From Folioceros fuciformis (taxonomy: Eukaryota), in contig JBNGIO010006255.1 of the NCBI GenBank assembly GCA_049999805.1, forward strand, positions 556,922 through 620,921: DNA of 64,000 nucleotides, read 5' to 3'. Shown piece by piece: positions 48,747-61,522 of this stretch. Numbering within the stretch: the stretch's first letter is position 1; the number at the start of each line of letters is the position of its first letter. The notes under the pieces are model-generated. The model was given only the letters and a program-made list of their open reading frames with translations, ran no database searches and had not been told where the DNA came from. The position numbers and the translations under genes were made by a program.

Positions 48747-49961
48747 TCACACCCATTCCTTGGGATTCCGGCAAGCGTCAAGAAGCTTCCACTCATCAGT
48801 CCCCTCTGCTGGATGATGATCATACTCCCATCTAGCGGTCAAAGGGAGGGACATCAAAATGCTTTCTATCCTTCCTCCGGTCTTCAGCCCGAAGGTGGTG
48901 CCTCGGTCATACACCAAGTTAAATTCGACATAACGCCCTCTACGCAGTTGCTGCCAGTCTTTATGGTGAGATTCAAAGGACGTGTCCTTGCGCTTTTCGA
49001 TAATTGGCAGGTAAGCCGGGACGACAGAAGAAACACACTCGGTAGAGAAGGCCAGTAGTTTGTCGGGATCCCTGTCGTTGAGATCGTCGAAAAAGATACC
49101 TCCCAGGCCACGCCGCTCCCCACGATGCTTGATGAAAAAGTAGTCGTCGCACCAGGCCTTGTACTTAGGATAGAAAGCAGGGTCGAACTTGTCGCAGGCC
49201 GCCTTCTGCGTGCGGTGGAAATGTCTCACATCTTCATCAAAGATATAGGAAGGTGTAAGATCCGTGCCCCCTCCAAACCACCACCCCCTGGGAGCCCCCT
49301 GCACTCCCTCAGGTGCATCCGTCTCGAAGTAGCGGTAGTTGAAGTGCACGGTGGGAGCGAAGGGGTTCTTTGGATGCATAACCGAGCTCAATCCCGCGGC
49401 GAAGAAGGGGATCCGGCCAGCCTTGTTCACCGGCACACTATCCCCCTGCGTGGCAGCGCGGTAGGCTTCTGGCGGCATGGTGCCGTACACCACGCTCACA
49501 TTCACGCCAGCCTTCTCCCACACATTGCCATCCTGCAGCACGCGGCTGATGCCGCCACCCCCTCCAGGCCTGGTCCAAACATCCTCCCGAAACGTCCCGC
49601 CGTCAGTGGCCTCCACTGCAGCGCATATCTCGTCCTGAGCCAGCCGAATCATCTGCTCGAATTTCTCCCGCATCCCCGGCGAGCCTGCTCCGTCCCCCTT
49701 CTCCCCGTCCCGCAGCAGCGTTGCGGGCCTGTCCGATGTCATCTCCTCCTGTTCGATGCTTGACACAGCCGCCGAGCACAGAGGCCGCCATGGCGCCCGG
49801 GCTGTTCCGCAAGGTTTGATCCACCGCAAGGAGCTGTACCTCTCCCTACTGCCCGCAACAGCCACACACTGTCTCGATGCGCGCTTCAGCTCGCAGGCCG
49901 GCTTGCAAACGGCCTGGGAGCAAGACCCCGCTGCAGCCGCAGGGCGCACAGCCACGGCCAT
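48747..49961 (-). CDS. HEMF: Oxygen-dependent coproporphyrinogen III oxidase with plastid transit-like N-terminus, intronless
   Basis: Single 404-aa [90 protein letters not shown]. Confidence 0.97.
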   Translation of the reverse strand: MAVAVRPAAAAGSCSQAVCKPACELKRASRQCVAVAGSRERYSSLRWIKPCGTARAPWRPLCSAAVSSIEQEEMTSDRPATLLRDGEKGDGAGSPGMREKFEQMIRLAQDEICAAVEATDGGTFREDVWTRPGGGGGISRVLQDGNVWEKAGVNVSVVYGTMPPEAYRAATQGDSVPVNKAGRIPFFAAGLSSVMHPKNPFAPTVHFNYRYFETDAPEGVQGAPRGWWFGGGTDLTPSYIFDEDVRHFHRTQKAACDKFDPAFYPKYKAWCDDYFFIKHRGERRGLGGIFFDDLNDRDPDKLLAFSTECVSSVVPAYLPIIEKRKDTSFESHHKDWQQLRRGRYVEFNLVYDRGTTFGLKTGGRIESILMSLPLTARWEYDHHPAEGTDEWKLLDACRNPKEWV

Positions 49962-50280
49962 CTCTCCTTCCGAGAGCCTGGACTGGATATTGGGATCCCT
50001 GATTCGAACCCGCCCTGGTACCTCTAGAGGGCAATCGCTATCCTCTGTATCTCTGTAATCTTGTGATCTTCCTTCTGTCCCGCCATTGGTGGCAGACTTC
50101 TATGGCGTAACGAATGCTCGCGTGAGGGAGAGGTGGTACAAAATTATTTTCCCTTCTCTTTCTATGTTGTATTGTACTTATCTGATAGGAGCTCTGTCTC
50201 GTGGTTTCCCATCGATACCCGATGGCCATTAGTGCACGAACTGTTGGTGTAGAGAGATTTTTGATCAGGGCTTGTGTTCA

Positions 50281-50375
50281 GTACACCATAGACTTGAAGC
50301 AGTGTAGCCTTAATCCTAGAAGACTATTTGGTACACCATAGACTTCAACCAGTAGTGTAGCTTAACCCTAGAAGA
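50281..50375. repeat. About 50-bp tandem duplication
   Basis: GTACACCATAGACTT...GTGTAGC..TTAA.CCTAGAAG at 50281 and 50331. Confidence 0.8.
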
Positions 50376-51376
50376 CCTAAGCCAATTTCTGGGCATTTTG
50401 AACATTAAGATATTTTAATAATGTTTTCAGCACAACTATGTTAATCAATTGAGTTAACCTATTATTATAGGTTTTCAATCAGGTTAACAAAGAGAATTTG
50501 AGTGTATACCAATTTGCAATTCCTTAAACCTATTCTTTGGCAAATGATGTGACCAAATAAACACCCCATCATTTACATCACCCCGAAAAAAAAAGGGACA
50601 ACTCCAACGGATGTATATATAGGAATTAAAAGCAGAACGATACAAATATGGCAGAATAAAACATATATTACAAATTATCTTTATTCTAACTTCTGGCAGT
50701 ACATCGACCACTTCTTACAGATCTTAGTGATAGGATACTCTGATGATTGATAGGATACTTTGCTCAAAGAAAGTGTGACTGCCAAAGGGATAATCAAGCA
50801 CCCAAAAGCATCAAAAACCGAGTCAGGCTCAGTTGCTCAGTTGCTCAGGCCTTCTGGCATGAAACGATCCTCGGATCGCCCAGAGGCAAATGGAGGCATC
50901 TATGACACATTTTAACAAATGTTTACAATCTTGTCCAGGATTATCGTGAATGAGAAAAAAATGGGAGGCTAATTCCGAGGACCACCTCCAGGTGTAGGTG
51001 AAGCAGGCATCATCGGGCTCGTCTTCGACACGATCACCCTCCACCCCGAAATGTTCAGAATTCTCAGACCACTTGCAGGCCCTCCACCGCCGGTATGAGC
51101 ACGCCAAATTGCAGGGATCTCGCTGACCTGACATTTCCCGCCTCGCAGTGGCCCCCGAAAAGGCAAATAATGGCAAGAATCACACTACCATCCGTCAACC
51201 CTCTACAACCTCTGGTCGTGACAGCCCTAGACAGTTGTCACTCGCCTTCTGCTCCGGCGATACATCCAGGTCCACGAGCAACTGCAGGTCATCCTGCACT
51301 GACTTTGAAGAAACTCCATGAGAAGAAGCCTCTTATCGTGCTGGAATAGCAGTAGCATTAACTTCGGAGACATGAT

Positions 51377-54300
51377 TCAAACCTGAGTAGCCTCTGTGCG
51401 CTGGATGTCTAGATCCAGCAAGACTGTCACAGTCTGGTCCTCTTCACTCTTTGATGGTGCACTTCCCTTGTCCAACTGCTGTGCCGTGTTTTCTTGAGCT
51501 CTTTCCTGAGCTTCGAACAGGCTTTGCAGAATTGTTTGAATCGTACTTCTTAGACTGGAGGCGTCTTGAGGATCAAACCACCTCCGACCAAACTATTAAA
51601 CACCCAGGCACGTGTCAAACGCACATCACACCTATTTGCTTGACATTGAACGGAAACCTCATATACTGCGAAATCTAGCAGTTTCAAATTTCCAACCAAA
51701 CGGCTTAACCAACCACAGGTCTTTGTATATTGCGTTTACCAATTTGTCCTTCAACTCTTCGAGCTCACTCCACCTAATATCTGGCGGAGAATCCTCTATA
51801 AATCGTTGAATGTAATGGAGCAAAAATAATCCACAATCGGACTCATTCTCTTGCTGTGGCACCTGGTAGATTCATTCCTTGTTACGGTCTGCAGTGATCC
51901 CATAGAGCTCCAAAAACAAAGAGAAGAACTCACAACACAAGAGATTCGAAAACCGTCCTTTAACTCAGTAAATGTCGGTTAAGATCTACTGGACAGTCTA
52001 AGCATGCAAAGCAAATCTGCCTGCGAAACAGGGCCTGTGGCTGTCGACAGATGGAACTCATGAAAGAATGACTCACTGGGACTCTCTTTGCTTGAAAGGT
52101 CTCTGCAGATATTTTGAGCTTCTTGATTTGCGAGACATCACACTCAACTGCATGTTCGTCATCTCTGTGCTTCCATTCTGCAATCAAGTACCTGTAATGC
52201 AGCCCCTCAGTAGCTACATAACCTACTAGACTATTCGTCAAGTATACTGCAGAAATTAAAATGCAGATTGCAAGCCAACCACCCCATTAAAAGTTTATTC
52301 TAGACTTACGTTCGCAAAGCCCGAAAGATATATTGGCTATTGTGTCCAGGTTGCATTGAATCGAGGTGAATGATGCATGGATCATATTCCAGGCCATCCC
52401 ACTTTCTCCGAGGTAGACAAATGATTGCAAGACTCCAGTGCAGCCTGCATATTCCATGAGTGGTTAGTCGAGGTTGTTACAACAACGGCACTGTTACATC
52501 AATAAGGCCAAAGAAAACATATACTTGTCATGTACTGGTACGAAGAGATAAGCCTTGTCAAAAATGTTTGTTCCTTTCGTCCACTTTCGCAGCTTCAGAA
52601 TCTCCTTCTCCTTGTTGTCCTTGCTCTCCTTGTTCTCCCCTCTTTTAGGTTTCTGATAACATCCACGGGTAAGAGAGAGCATCTGCAAGTGGTAACAGAC
52701 ACAACCTAACTACAGACACCACCAGCAAGGTAGACTCACCTGACCAATTACAATGTCGCTCAATTTCTTGTAAAAGAAGGTGTTGAAGAAGTGAAACTCG
52801 TCTCTCTCCTTGCTCCCTTTCCACTCCTTCTGCATGTATCTATCCAGCACATGACATGCCCTCACACTCACAACCCAATCGGACCCCTACCAAAAAAGTT
52901 TTATACAAGCAAATAGGTTGCCATGATACAACCTTGAAAACGGTAGAAATCAGTCTAAACTTTTCTGTTGTGATTCTGACAATGGGAAGAAGGTACCCAA
53001 AACAATGAAAGCGAAAGACACACAAGATGATACCAAATGAAGTTCCCATCCATACTTGATGTAGAAGTCGATGATTGTGTCATTCAAGAACTCCAAAGGT
53101 GCCAAACGCTGCAGATCTGAAAAAGGCACCTCAATTGCATCTGGATCATCCCTGGTCAAAATGAAAAGCTTTTGTCACACAAGCTTCTTCCAAAAAGGCA
53201 TTGCCTTGCTACTAATACTACTCTCCCAAAATTCAGCGTGTACGAGATTTTGCGGATTCCAACGACAAAATATCGAGAAGTTAAAGCCCCACCTGGATGG
53301 ATATGCAATCGTCTGGCCATCCAACCTGCAAACAGGTTCACAGGAGTCATGAACAATACAATGAAGGGAAAACAACAGCATTCTTGTGTTCATTTTGCAG
53401 ACAATGCAGATCCACCTGCTTGAGGGAAAGGGCCGTAAACCTGCACGTCTACCAGGTCTACGGCCATTGGTAACATAATTGGGGCCAACAGGCACCCTTC
53501 CTGGATCCTCGTCATCCGAGGAGACCAACTCCATGGCATTGTCCTGTAAAGGAGTCAAGAACAACACATGAACCATGGAACACGCTCAAGCAGTAGTAGA
53601 GACGGAATTGAACTGTGAAGCAGTAGAGACAGGGTTGAACTGTGGAGAAACTGAGTGTGCATTGCCTAGCTTGAGTACCCTCGACAGATTAATGCAGCAA
53701 TGCACCAGCCAGACTTGTAATGGGAGAGAAACAAACTTGCCATGGACAGCCCAATGGAACTAGGTTCTGAAGTCTTCCTATCGCTCTCAGATGTTTCTCC
53801 ACCTTCTAAGGTTCCATTCTGCGATGGTAGCAAAGAAAGCAACTTAATGATATGCACAAGCAGTTCACGAGAGCACCCCACGGACAAAACAGAATTTGCT
53901 GTCAGGTACTCAGACTCTACAAACACACTCACCTCTTTCAGACCAGCTGATCGCAGCCTCCGAGCTGACCTGCATCCACGCACACCAAAGGAATATTGCA
54001 CACAATAAGTAAGCAGCATGACCTGCAGCAAGAAAGTGATACAGATTACAGAACCCAGCATAGGTATACTTAACTGATGTCCGATAACAACAGACCCAGC
54101 CAATAACCGGGTGCAGTGAGGAGCCGTCGCAGACCGTGACAAGCTATTGAGACAAGACCAATTAGTTCGTCTAGAAGGCGGACAAGATGGACCAGCTTGC
54201 TGCCCTGACGCCGTTCTATCACTTTGCTGTACCCTCTCAACGGCTTCCGGGAAGACAGACAACTTAGTACTGGATGAAAAACTTTCTTCGTTGATCTGTG

Positions 54301-55053
54301 GAGGGGAAGAAGACCTCGACGAAGACCTTGCTTCGTTGCCCCCCGCTGACTGCACATGCTTCCCATCCTGAGCCAACCAACTAGTCGGAATTGAATACCG
54401 ACCTAAATCATCCACTGCCATGCCGAAATCCGAGGACAGAAACCCACCTTCGCCCTTATCTTCTCACGCCTGTCTTTCTCTGCTTGAAGTAGTTGCAACT
54501 GTCTATGAAGCTTCACGTTGCTGTCCTTCATCTCTAAGCTGTCTTTGAGACTAGTATACCTCGCGATCTTTTCATTGATCTGAAAGTCGGTAAGAGCAGC
54601 AAGCTCATCCAATTTCTCCGACTTGGCCGAGTGCTCTATTTCCAGTTCAGCAGGAGCTGGCTGTCTGCTCAGAATGCTCTTCAAACGATTTGCATCAAAA
54701 GGGGTTGACTCTCCACCTTGGATCCCGGGAGCTGCTCCGGAGGCGTTCATTCCCCTTGAATCCCCCGCGACCAAGGCCAGCGGCATGGCCAAGGAATCCC
54801 TGATGATGGTGTAAGGTATACCACCTCAACCAGTCCCAACGATGCATACAAAACTGCTGGCAAGATGGCTACACGCTATCAGCATGCGTAATTCCTGTGC
54901 TAGTGAAACTTCAACCCTTCGTATTGTGCTATGAGTCTTCATGGTCCCCATTACTTACTGCTTTTAGCAATAGGAGAGCTGCAACACAGACGCCATGCCG
55001 CAGTCAGTCATCCTGCCTTCCCGGGAAGACTAGTGGCATCAAACTCACCTCAT
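51377..55053 (-). CDS. SUMO protease, ULP1/OTS-like (peptidase C48), multi-exon
   Basis: APLEFLNDTIIDFYIK, FFNTFFYKKL, IFDKAYLFVPVH|LHWSLAII (His), IIHLDS (Asp), PQQENESDCGLFLLHYI (Cys), FGRRWFDPQDAS. OTS-like N-terminal coil. Start inferred as ATGAG|G at 55053. The 3' end may splice on to about 50970. Confidence 0.92.
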
Positions 55054-55763
55054 CTAACCCTAACTTCAGCTGGGGTCAATTTAAGGATGCCCGCGCAGCA
55101 AACAGCGAAGTTGCCATACACTCGTTATGATGGAATATTTCTTGCATAGCAGTGCAAGGGACTAGTACGAGACGTCTGAAATATGTATACAATATAAAAA
55201 TATAAAAGGGTTTTTATTATATAGTAAATGATAGTATTTAAAAATGTAAAAGGGTTCTTCTGCATGCTTGAGTGATAGTATTTAAAAATGTAAAAGCGTT
55301 CTTATTATATGTTTTAGTGAGGTATAGTCTTGAGTTTTTTCTTCTTGTTTTTCATCTATATTATCTAACAACTACCAAGTGAGTGGTGTTAGCATGTCTT
55401 TTCCATCTTAAACTATTCACAAACCTAATACCTTATCATAGTTTAACTATGCGACAACCTTGTTACATAGAATTGCTTTGTTTCAATTATAGGAGTGCAT
55501 TCTTTGAACTCTAGGACCACATTGTTTCAAATGTAAGATTGCTTGTTTCAAATATACGACTCCATTGTCTCAAATATAGAACGACATTATTTCAATTGTG
55601 CAAGAAATTCCTTCTTAACCCTTAATTAAAATGTAGGATTACATAATTCCAATTGTACAGACAATCCCCTCTTAGCCCTTGATTTCATTGTACGACTAAG
55701 TTCTTTCAATTCTATAGAAATTCCTTTTTAGCCCTTATTCAACTATAGGATTGGGTTGTTTCA

Positions 55764-55805
55764 ATTGCATTCACAATGTCATCTTGATGACATTGTGAAT
55801 GCAAT
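55764..55805. repeat. Perfect 20-bp inverted repeat with 2-nt spacer
   Basis: ATTGCATTCACAATGTCATC-TT-GATGACATTGTGAATGCAAT. Confidence 0.95.
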
Positions 55806-56399
55806 GTTTCAAGGTTGTTGCATTCTCAATGTTTCATGTTTCAAGGTCATTGAATAAAGGGAAACAATGTCATTTTCAATGCTCTAGCCCCATGGGTAAT
55901 GAATGCCCTTGAGTGACTTGTCAGCTCTGTAGGCGAGAGTTGTGCATATGGTTAAGTTGCTAACTCCTATGTCACTGTGAGGATAAGTTGCTAACTCCTA
56001 TGTCACTGTGAGGATAGAGGACGAAGTTGCTTGTGATTTCATTCTCTTAGCTACTACTGGAATCCTCACCCAACATCTCTTCAATGTTCTTTTCATTCCT
56101 GATGCGAATAAGGCTTCCGCCATAACATCTCAATGTTGCTACCCCTATCTATCCATAGCATGTTAAATTGCACTCTGCCTTTGACTCTACCTATTGTATT
56201 TGATGATTCCTTGTTGGTTCTTATGGGGTGCTGAGGATGTATGTCACTAATCTCGAACAAAGCTTCTATAGGTACCCTTAAAGCCATAGTCGGCTATCTG
56301 TTAGATGATTAGTGCTGACGAACGATTAGTGCTAGCAGAGCATGCAACCTCATCATGCAACTCCTAATAAGCCTCCTAAAACCAAGAATTATCCATACC

Positions 56400-56950
56400 T
56401 TCATTATGAGCAATACAAACTTTGTAGGCTATTAATAAGCATGTAAAGATGATGGTATGTATGTTCTTCATGTCTCTGATCACACCGCTTCAAGTCCGTG
56501 AAGAGAACACGCCATCTTGACTTCAAAATCCTAAATGCTCTAAGGCCATTTGAATGTTGAATCAATGAAGTTCTAATACGCCTGAACTCGTGTGAAACCA
56601 TGATGGTTTCACACGAGCATCAATGTCTTGCTTCTTCATGAAAGGTGGTAGACAATGATTTCCTCAAATTAGTGTCTTACTTCTTCATGAAAGGTGGTAG
56701 ACAATGCTTTCCTCAAATCAGTGTCTTGCTTCTTCATGAAAGGTACCACCTGTGCCAACAAATATATTCAAATGTGGGATGAGTACCATGTACTCTTGAT
56801 GTGAATTGTTCTTCTGTATAAGTGCTAAGTAACTAGTTGTGCAAACATCCCTGGTTCCATGTTCTTAAGACTAGAGGCCCTTAGAAAGGACTTCATTCCA
56901 TCGTCTGCAGCAACCATGTGAAGAATACAAGCTCTTGAAGATAAGTATTG
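56400..56950 (-). mobile_element. PIF/Harbinger-like transposase remnant
   Basis: LRAFRILKSRWRVL resembles the DDE_Tnp_4 motif ERAFGxLKxRWxIL. The surrounding sequence is decayed and locally duplicated. Confidence 0.55.
56587..56617. repeat. Perfect 15-bp inverted repeat with 1-nt spacer
   Basis: CTCGTGTGAAACCAT-G-ATGGTTTCACACGAG. Confidence 0.95.
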
Positions 56951-57749
56951 GTTCACAATGAAGAAGAACATCAAATGTCATGCTTGGTTGGTGAGTACTC
57001 TAAAGTGATGCATAATATCATCTCATAATGAAAGACAATCACAAAGCACTGTCTTATGAGATAAATTTATGAATATATTAAAATATTAATTACTTAAAAA
57101 CTCAAAAAAATTCTATGTTTTAAAAACAATATTAAAAATAATCCAGTAGAGATAACGCTAGTATGTAACCACCATAACACTCTATTAAAAGCACAAAGGG
57201 AACCTAAACGAAAGGTAGCCCAATCCCAATGCACTTAGCGTGCAGCAACACAAGAGGCTTCAAAGAGGTTTAGCTTGAATCCCCATCATGATTAACCATG
57301 AACTGTCTCGTTTTAAGTACAATAAGGTAAATACGTTGCTTACAATTTTATGGATATTTAGGCCCACAATAAACCAAGACAACCAATGTCAATGACCAAG
57401 TGGTTCATGTAGCCTTTATGGCATGGCAGTGTCCACCATGTGTAGAACAAATGTGTCAGGAGATCATGACTAAATGCTCCTGTGTGAATTGGCTCTAACA
57501 TTATGAACATTGGTTGTGAATATGCTACTCTTGAGATGCCAAAGAACCTAGATGTGAGTAGATTTTTGTTAAAACAATCAAGTTTCATGCAAGGTTAGGT
57601 ACAGAGCTTTGAACAATGAGAATTTGCACAAGTTACATAAAATGCCCTTCTATTCTCATATCTACGTACATATGTGGAGGGAGGGAGTACATGTTGTACA
57701 TACACAAAGAAAAAGTAAATATGACACACTTCGCTTTTTCCAGCGTGTG

Positions 57750-58100
57750 TTAGAGCAGTTGTTGGCACAGGTCTAGGGTCTAGGACGTTGTGTTAACACA
57801 GGTCTAGAACATTGTATCAAAGCAGCTGTTGACACAGGTCTAGGACGCTGTATCAAAGAAGTTGGTGACACAGGTCTAGGACACTATATCAAAGAAGTTG
57901 GTGACATAGGTCTAGGACACTATATCAAAGAAGTTGGTGACACAGGTCTAGGACGCTATATATCAAAGAAGTTGGTGACATAGGTCTAGGATGCTGTATC
58001 AGAGCAGTTGTTGGTGCAGGTCTAGGACGTTGTATCAGAGCAGCTGTTGACAAAGGTCTAGGACGCCGTATCAGAGCAATTGTTGACACATGCCCAGGTC
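57750..58100. repeat. 36-bp minisatellite, about 9 copies
   Basis: The unit GACACAGGTCTAGGACGCTGTATCAAAGAAGTTGGT occurs at 57831, 57867, 57903 and onward. Confidence 0.95.
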
Positions 58101-58575
58101 GCTTTGCTCTTCCCAGCCTGTCTTAGTACAAGTTCTTAATGCAATCACATGCCTTCCTATTTGCTGGTCACAACCTGTCTCAATTGAGACATGATGGGAC
58201 TTGTGTCAGGAACTTGTTGCAACAAGTTCCTGACACATCACATGGCCTTCATATTTGCTCTTCCCAACCTCTTGTCCCAATACAAGAACAAGTTCAAGTG
58301 GACACATCACATGCCTTCGTTATTGCTCTCCCAGCACGTCTGGTCTTGGTACAAGTACAAGTTCAGGCTGACACATGCCTTCGTTATTGCTCTCCCAGCT
58401 TGTCTCGTCTCGATAGGTACAAGATCCTGACAGGTACAAGATCCTGACACGTCACATGCCTTCGTATTCGCTCTTCCCAGCCTGTCTTAGTACAAGTTCT
58501 GGACACATCACATGCCCTTGCATTTGCTCTTCCCTCTTGTCACTGCAAGTGCCCGACACATCACGTGCCTTCTTC
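58100..58575. repeat. Degenerate tandem repeats of about 55-75 bp
   Basis: GACACATCACATGCCTTC..TTGCTCT(T)CCCAGC..TACAAGTTC recurs. Confidence 0.85.
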
Positions 58576-59565
58576 CTATTCATTAGACCGCGTAGACTTA
58601 GACAATTATGATGTGCCTTATATGCTTTGCTTTTCCTGTCAAGTTAGAATAGATGTCTCACTTAGCCCATGTCTTGTCCTCCACAAAGGTAAAAGCATGT
58701 TCCGTTTCTAGGTACAAGCATATCAAAGAGTCTTTTGCACATGTGTAAACATTGTCTATTACATGATCAACCTACATACATGTATAAGTTAAGTCCACTT
58801 ACTTTCGTAATAGCATATTATGGGTCCTCTCGTACATGCATACAAGTATTAATATATCTTGTCTCTTTTCACGCATACATATAGATAAAGTTGGCTCTTC
58901 TTCCATATGTATGCGTAAAAGCATAGCCCACTCTCTTCTATTCCAAATCTAAGTACAATATAATATCCGCATCTCCATTCTTACAGAAAAGACGTCATGA
59001 TGATGCAAAGGCCTTGCTTTTCATGCCTCGTTCTCACCAAAAACCTTCAAACTTCGCTTGAGCTCAAAACTTTTCCATACCTTGTTAAAAAAAACTTCAA
59101 ACTTTTGCTTGAGCCTCAGTACTTGCTTGAACTTCTTCGTCATGTTCTCTTTGTCTTTCTATCTCCTTCTTCGTGTTCTCTTTGCCTCGTCTCCTTGATG
59201 AACTCTCTTGTGCCTTATCTCCTTGGAGAAACTCATCCGCCATCTGCTATGGCAATCGTTTAAGTCGCATTTTCCTCTACAAACATTCACAAGACATGTT
59301 TGAGTAGAAGACCCACATCTTACCACAGCAGTTGCAATCTCAAAGAGCTAGCAGTGTCGCGAATGTATAACTGTCCTAGCTCTTCTCTTCGCTGCGTATT
59401 ATCTCCGGGAAAGGTTTCGAGCAGAAAAGAGGATAGCACCAGAGAAATAATTTGTAAAGGCACGAAGAGCACATCCGCGCAAAGAAGTGAGGAGACGGAG
59501 GAAGAGAGGGAGAAGAGTTGCACGGTAGGAGAGAATGACCTTGGCGGAAACCGGCGAGGGCCGTG

Positions 59566-60875
59566 TCAAGGAGGGGGGAGCCCGTGATCCTTCCCCGACA
59601 ACACAGAAGAGGGAATGTACATATTGGGTGGAACGTAGGCAGGGGGGCGGAGACGGGGTCGGATGACCACACCGTCCAGGTACAGGCCCTCCTTCCAATT
59701 GCAATTCTCGATCTCCGTCATGTTGAAGTGAAAGAGGATTGAATCGCGATGCTCCGTTATGACAAACGAGCCCACCTCACATTCCAGCCACTCGTCATTT
59801 GCGATACGCGGTTGTGCGTAAGTTGCTTGCAACTTGGTAACCTCCCGGTTTGGTGTGGAGTAGTTGAGGCAAAAGCCCCTCTCCAACTGATACATACTCA
59901 AGCCCCCGATAGCGAAGGAGAACTTCACACATTTGCTGATCCGACGTTGGAAGTAGCCGATGGGCTTCTCTGGCCCCAGCTGGACTCTGAAGGAAAGCGT
60001 GTAGGCCGCAGGAGGGAGGGCGAACTGAATCTGGGCCCGGATTTTGAACCAGTAATCCACTTTCACGAACGCCACGTCTGGGAAGCTGGGACACAGGAAA
60101 CAAATGGAGGGGGGAAGGAAGGAACACAAGGGTGTTAGTGGTCGGGAGATGAGCAGCAGGCGGTAGTTGGTGGACACGCATCCTTTGCTAGCTATGGATG
60201 GATGGCATACAGACCTTGAGCCCTTTTTGGGGACCCAGTCCCAGTATCGTTGTTCGTCTCCCCATATGACACTGAAAGCTCGTGCTGATACAGCCCGGCA
60301 AAGTCCTCCCGTGGCCGGGTCGAGCCAGTGGCCCTGCACGTTGAAAAAATAGGACGAATGTGAGGCATGGGCACGGTGTGTGGAACAGCAAAGTAGCTCC
60401 CAGGCAAGGCAGCAAACGGATGGTGTACCTGGAAGGGGTGGGTGAGGAAGAGATGGTGAGACAGATGCTCGAACAGCCTCTTCCTGCAAGGGAATCTCTC
60501 CAAAACGGAGTCGTCAAGGCCCAGGGCCTTCAGATTGGCCGAGGGCAGCAGCCCGTCCCAGATGATGTTGGAGCCTCCAGCCTGAGTGAAAACGCGGTTC
60601 ACAGTTGAGAGGCGAGCTGCGTCCTTGGGGCTGGTCTTGGACAGAATCAAGGCCACACTGGATTCGGGCAAATCCCCCAGGCTGGGCCCGAGCATTACGG
60701 CCTCCTGGACTTCAGCTTCCTCCACCAGGAACCTCTTCTCGTACGAGTACACCACGCCCAGGCCGAAGACGCCCCTTCCGCGGAACGCGCTCCAGGAGGC
60801 ATCATCGCCCAGACCCACAATTTTGCTGGCAAAGCTCCAGCCCAGAGCAGACCAACCGAACATCATGGCAGCCAT
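59566..60875 (-). CDS. F-box protein with phloem protein 2 (PP2/Nictaba) domain, PP2-A-like, about 3 exons
   Basis: F-box LGDLPESSVALIL..SPKDAARLSTVNRVF..IWDGLLP; PP2 WLDPATGGLCRAVSARA..IWGDEQRYW, EWLECEVGSF, MTEIENCNWKEGLYLDGVVIRP. An alternative start lies at 60695. Confidence 0.93.
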
Positions 60876-61522
60876 TCCACTCGCCCCGCAATGCTAATGC
60901 GATCTTCACAAACTGCACAATTTGACGTGCCCTCAACCCATTACTTGCCCCGCCTGCTCGAGTGTTAGAGCACAATGGTAAAGCTCGGACTCTCGCATCA
61001 CCCGGAGGACATACTTCACTCGGAGCTGGTAGACAAGACAGGAGTGCGAGCCTCCGTGGTGCTGTATCTGACGCTGCAAGCGTCACACCAGGAAGGTGAC
61101 TTGTCCCCTCCGCTCAATCGCCCAACAGACCTCCGAGCGGAGTGTCAATGTTGCTTCCCTTGCCATGGAGACTACTAGGCCTGCTTCCTCTTTTATCTTC
61201 GGCCCAAGACCGAGGGAACACCAGCACTGACACAACGCCGTGATTGGGTGGGAAAGTCTAATGACCGCGGAGCTGTAAGAGTTTCGTACCATGGTCCAGC
61301 CTCCGACTATGGGGTTCGGTGAACGTGTCCAATATCCTGGACGCATGCAAGACGCAGCTATACAAGGGAGGGCAGCAGCACGGATGTGAAGTCACACCCA
61401 CTTGCAGCGGCGTCACGGAAGACGCATGTTCTTCCATTACTAACCTTCGCCGTGCTGACATTGCCAGCATTTCAAAATTATGTGCTGGTGGACCAGCGGG
61501 GAGAGGTGAAGTCCGAGACCCT

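Noticed and set aside
55055-55063. TAACCCTAA telo-box-like motif at the SUMO protease start
   Set aside because: Single short imperfect motif; too common to support a call.
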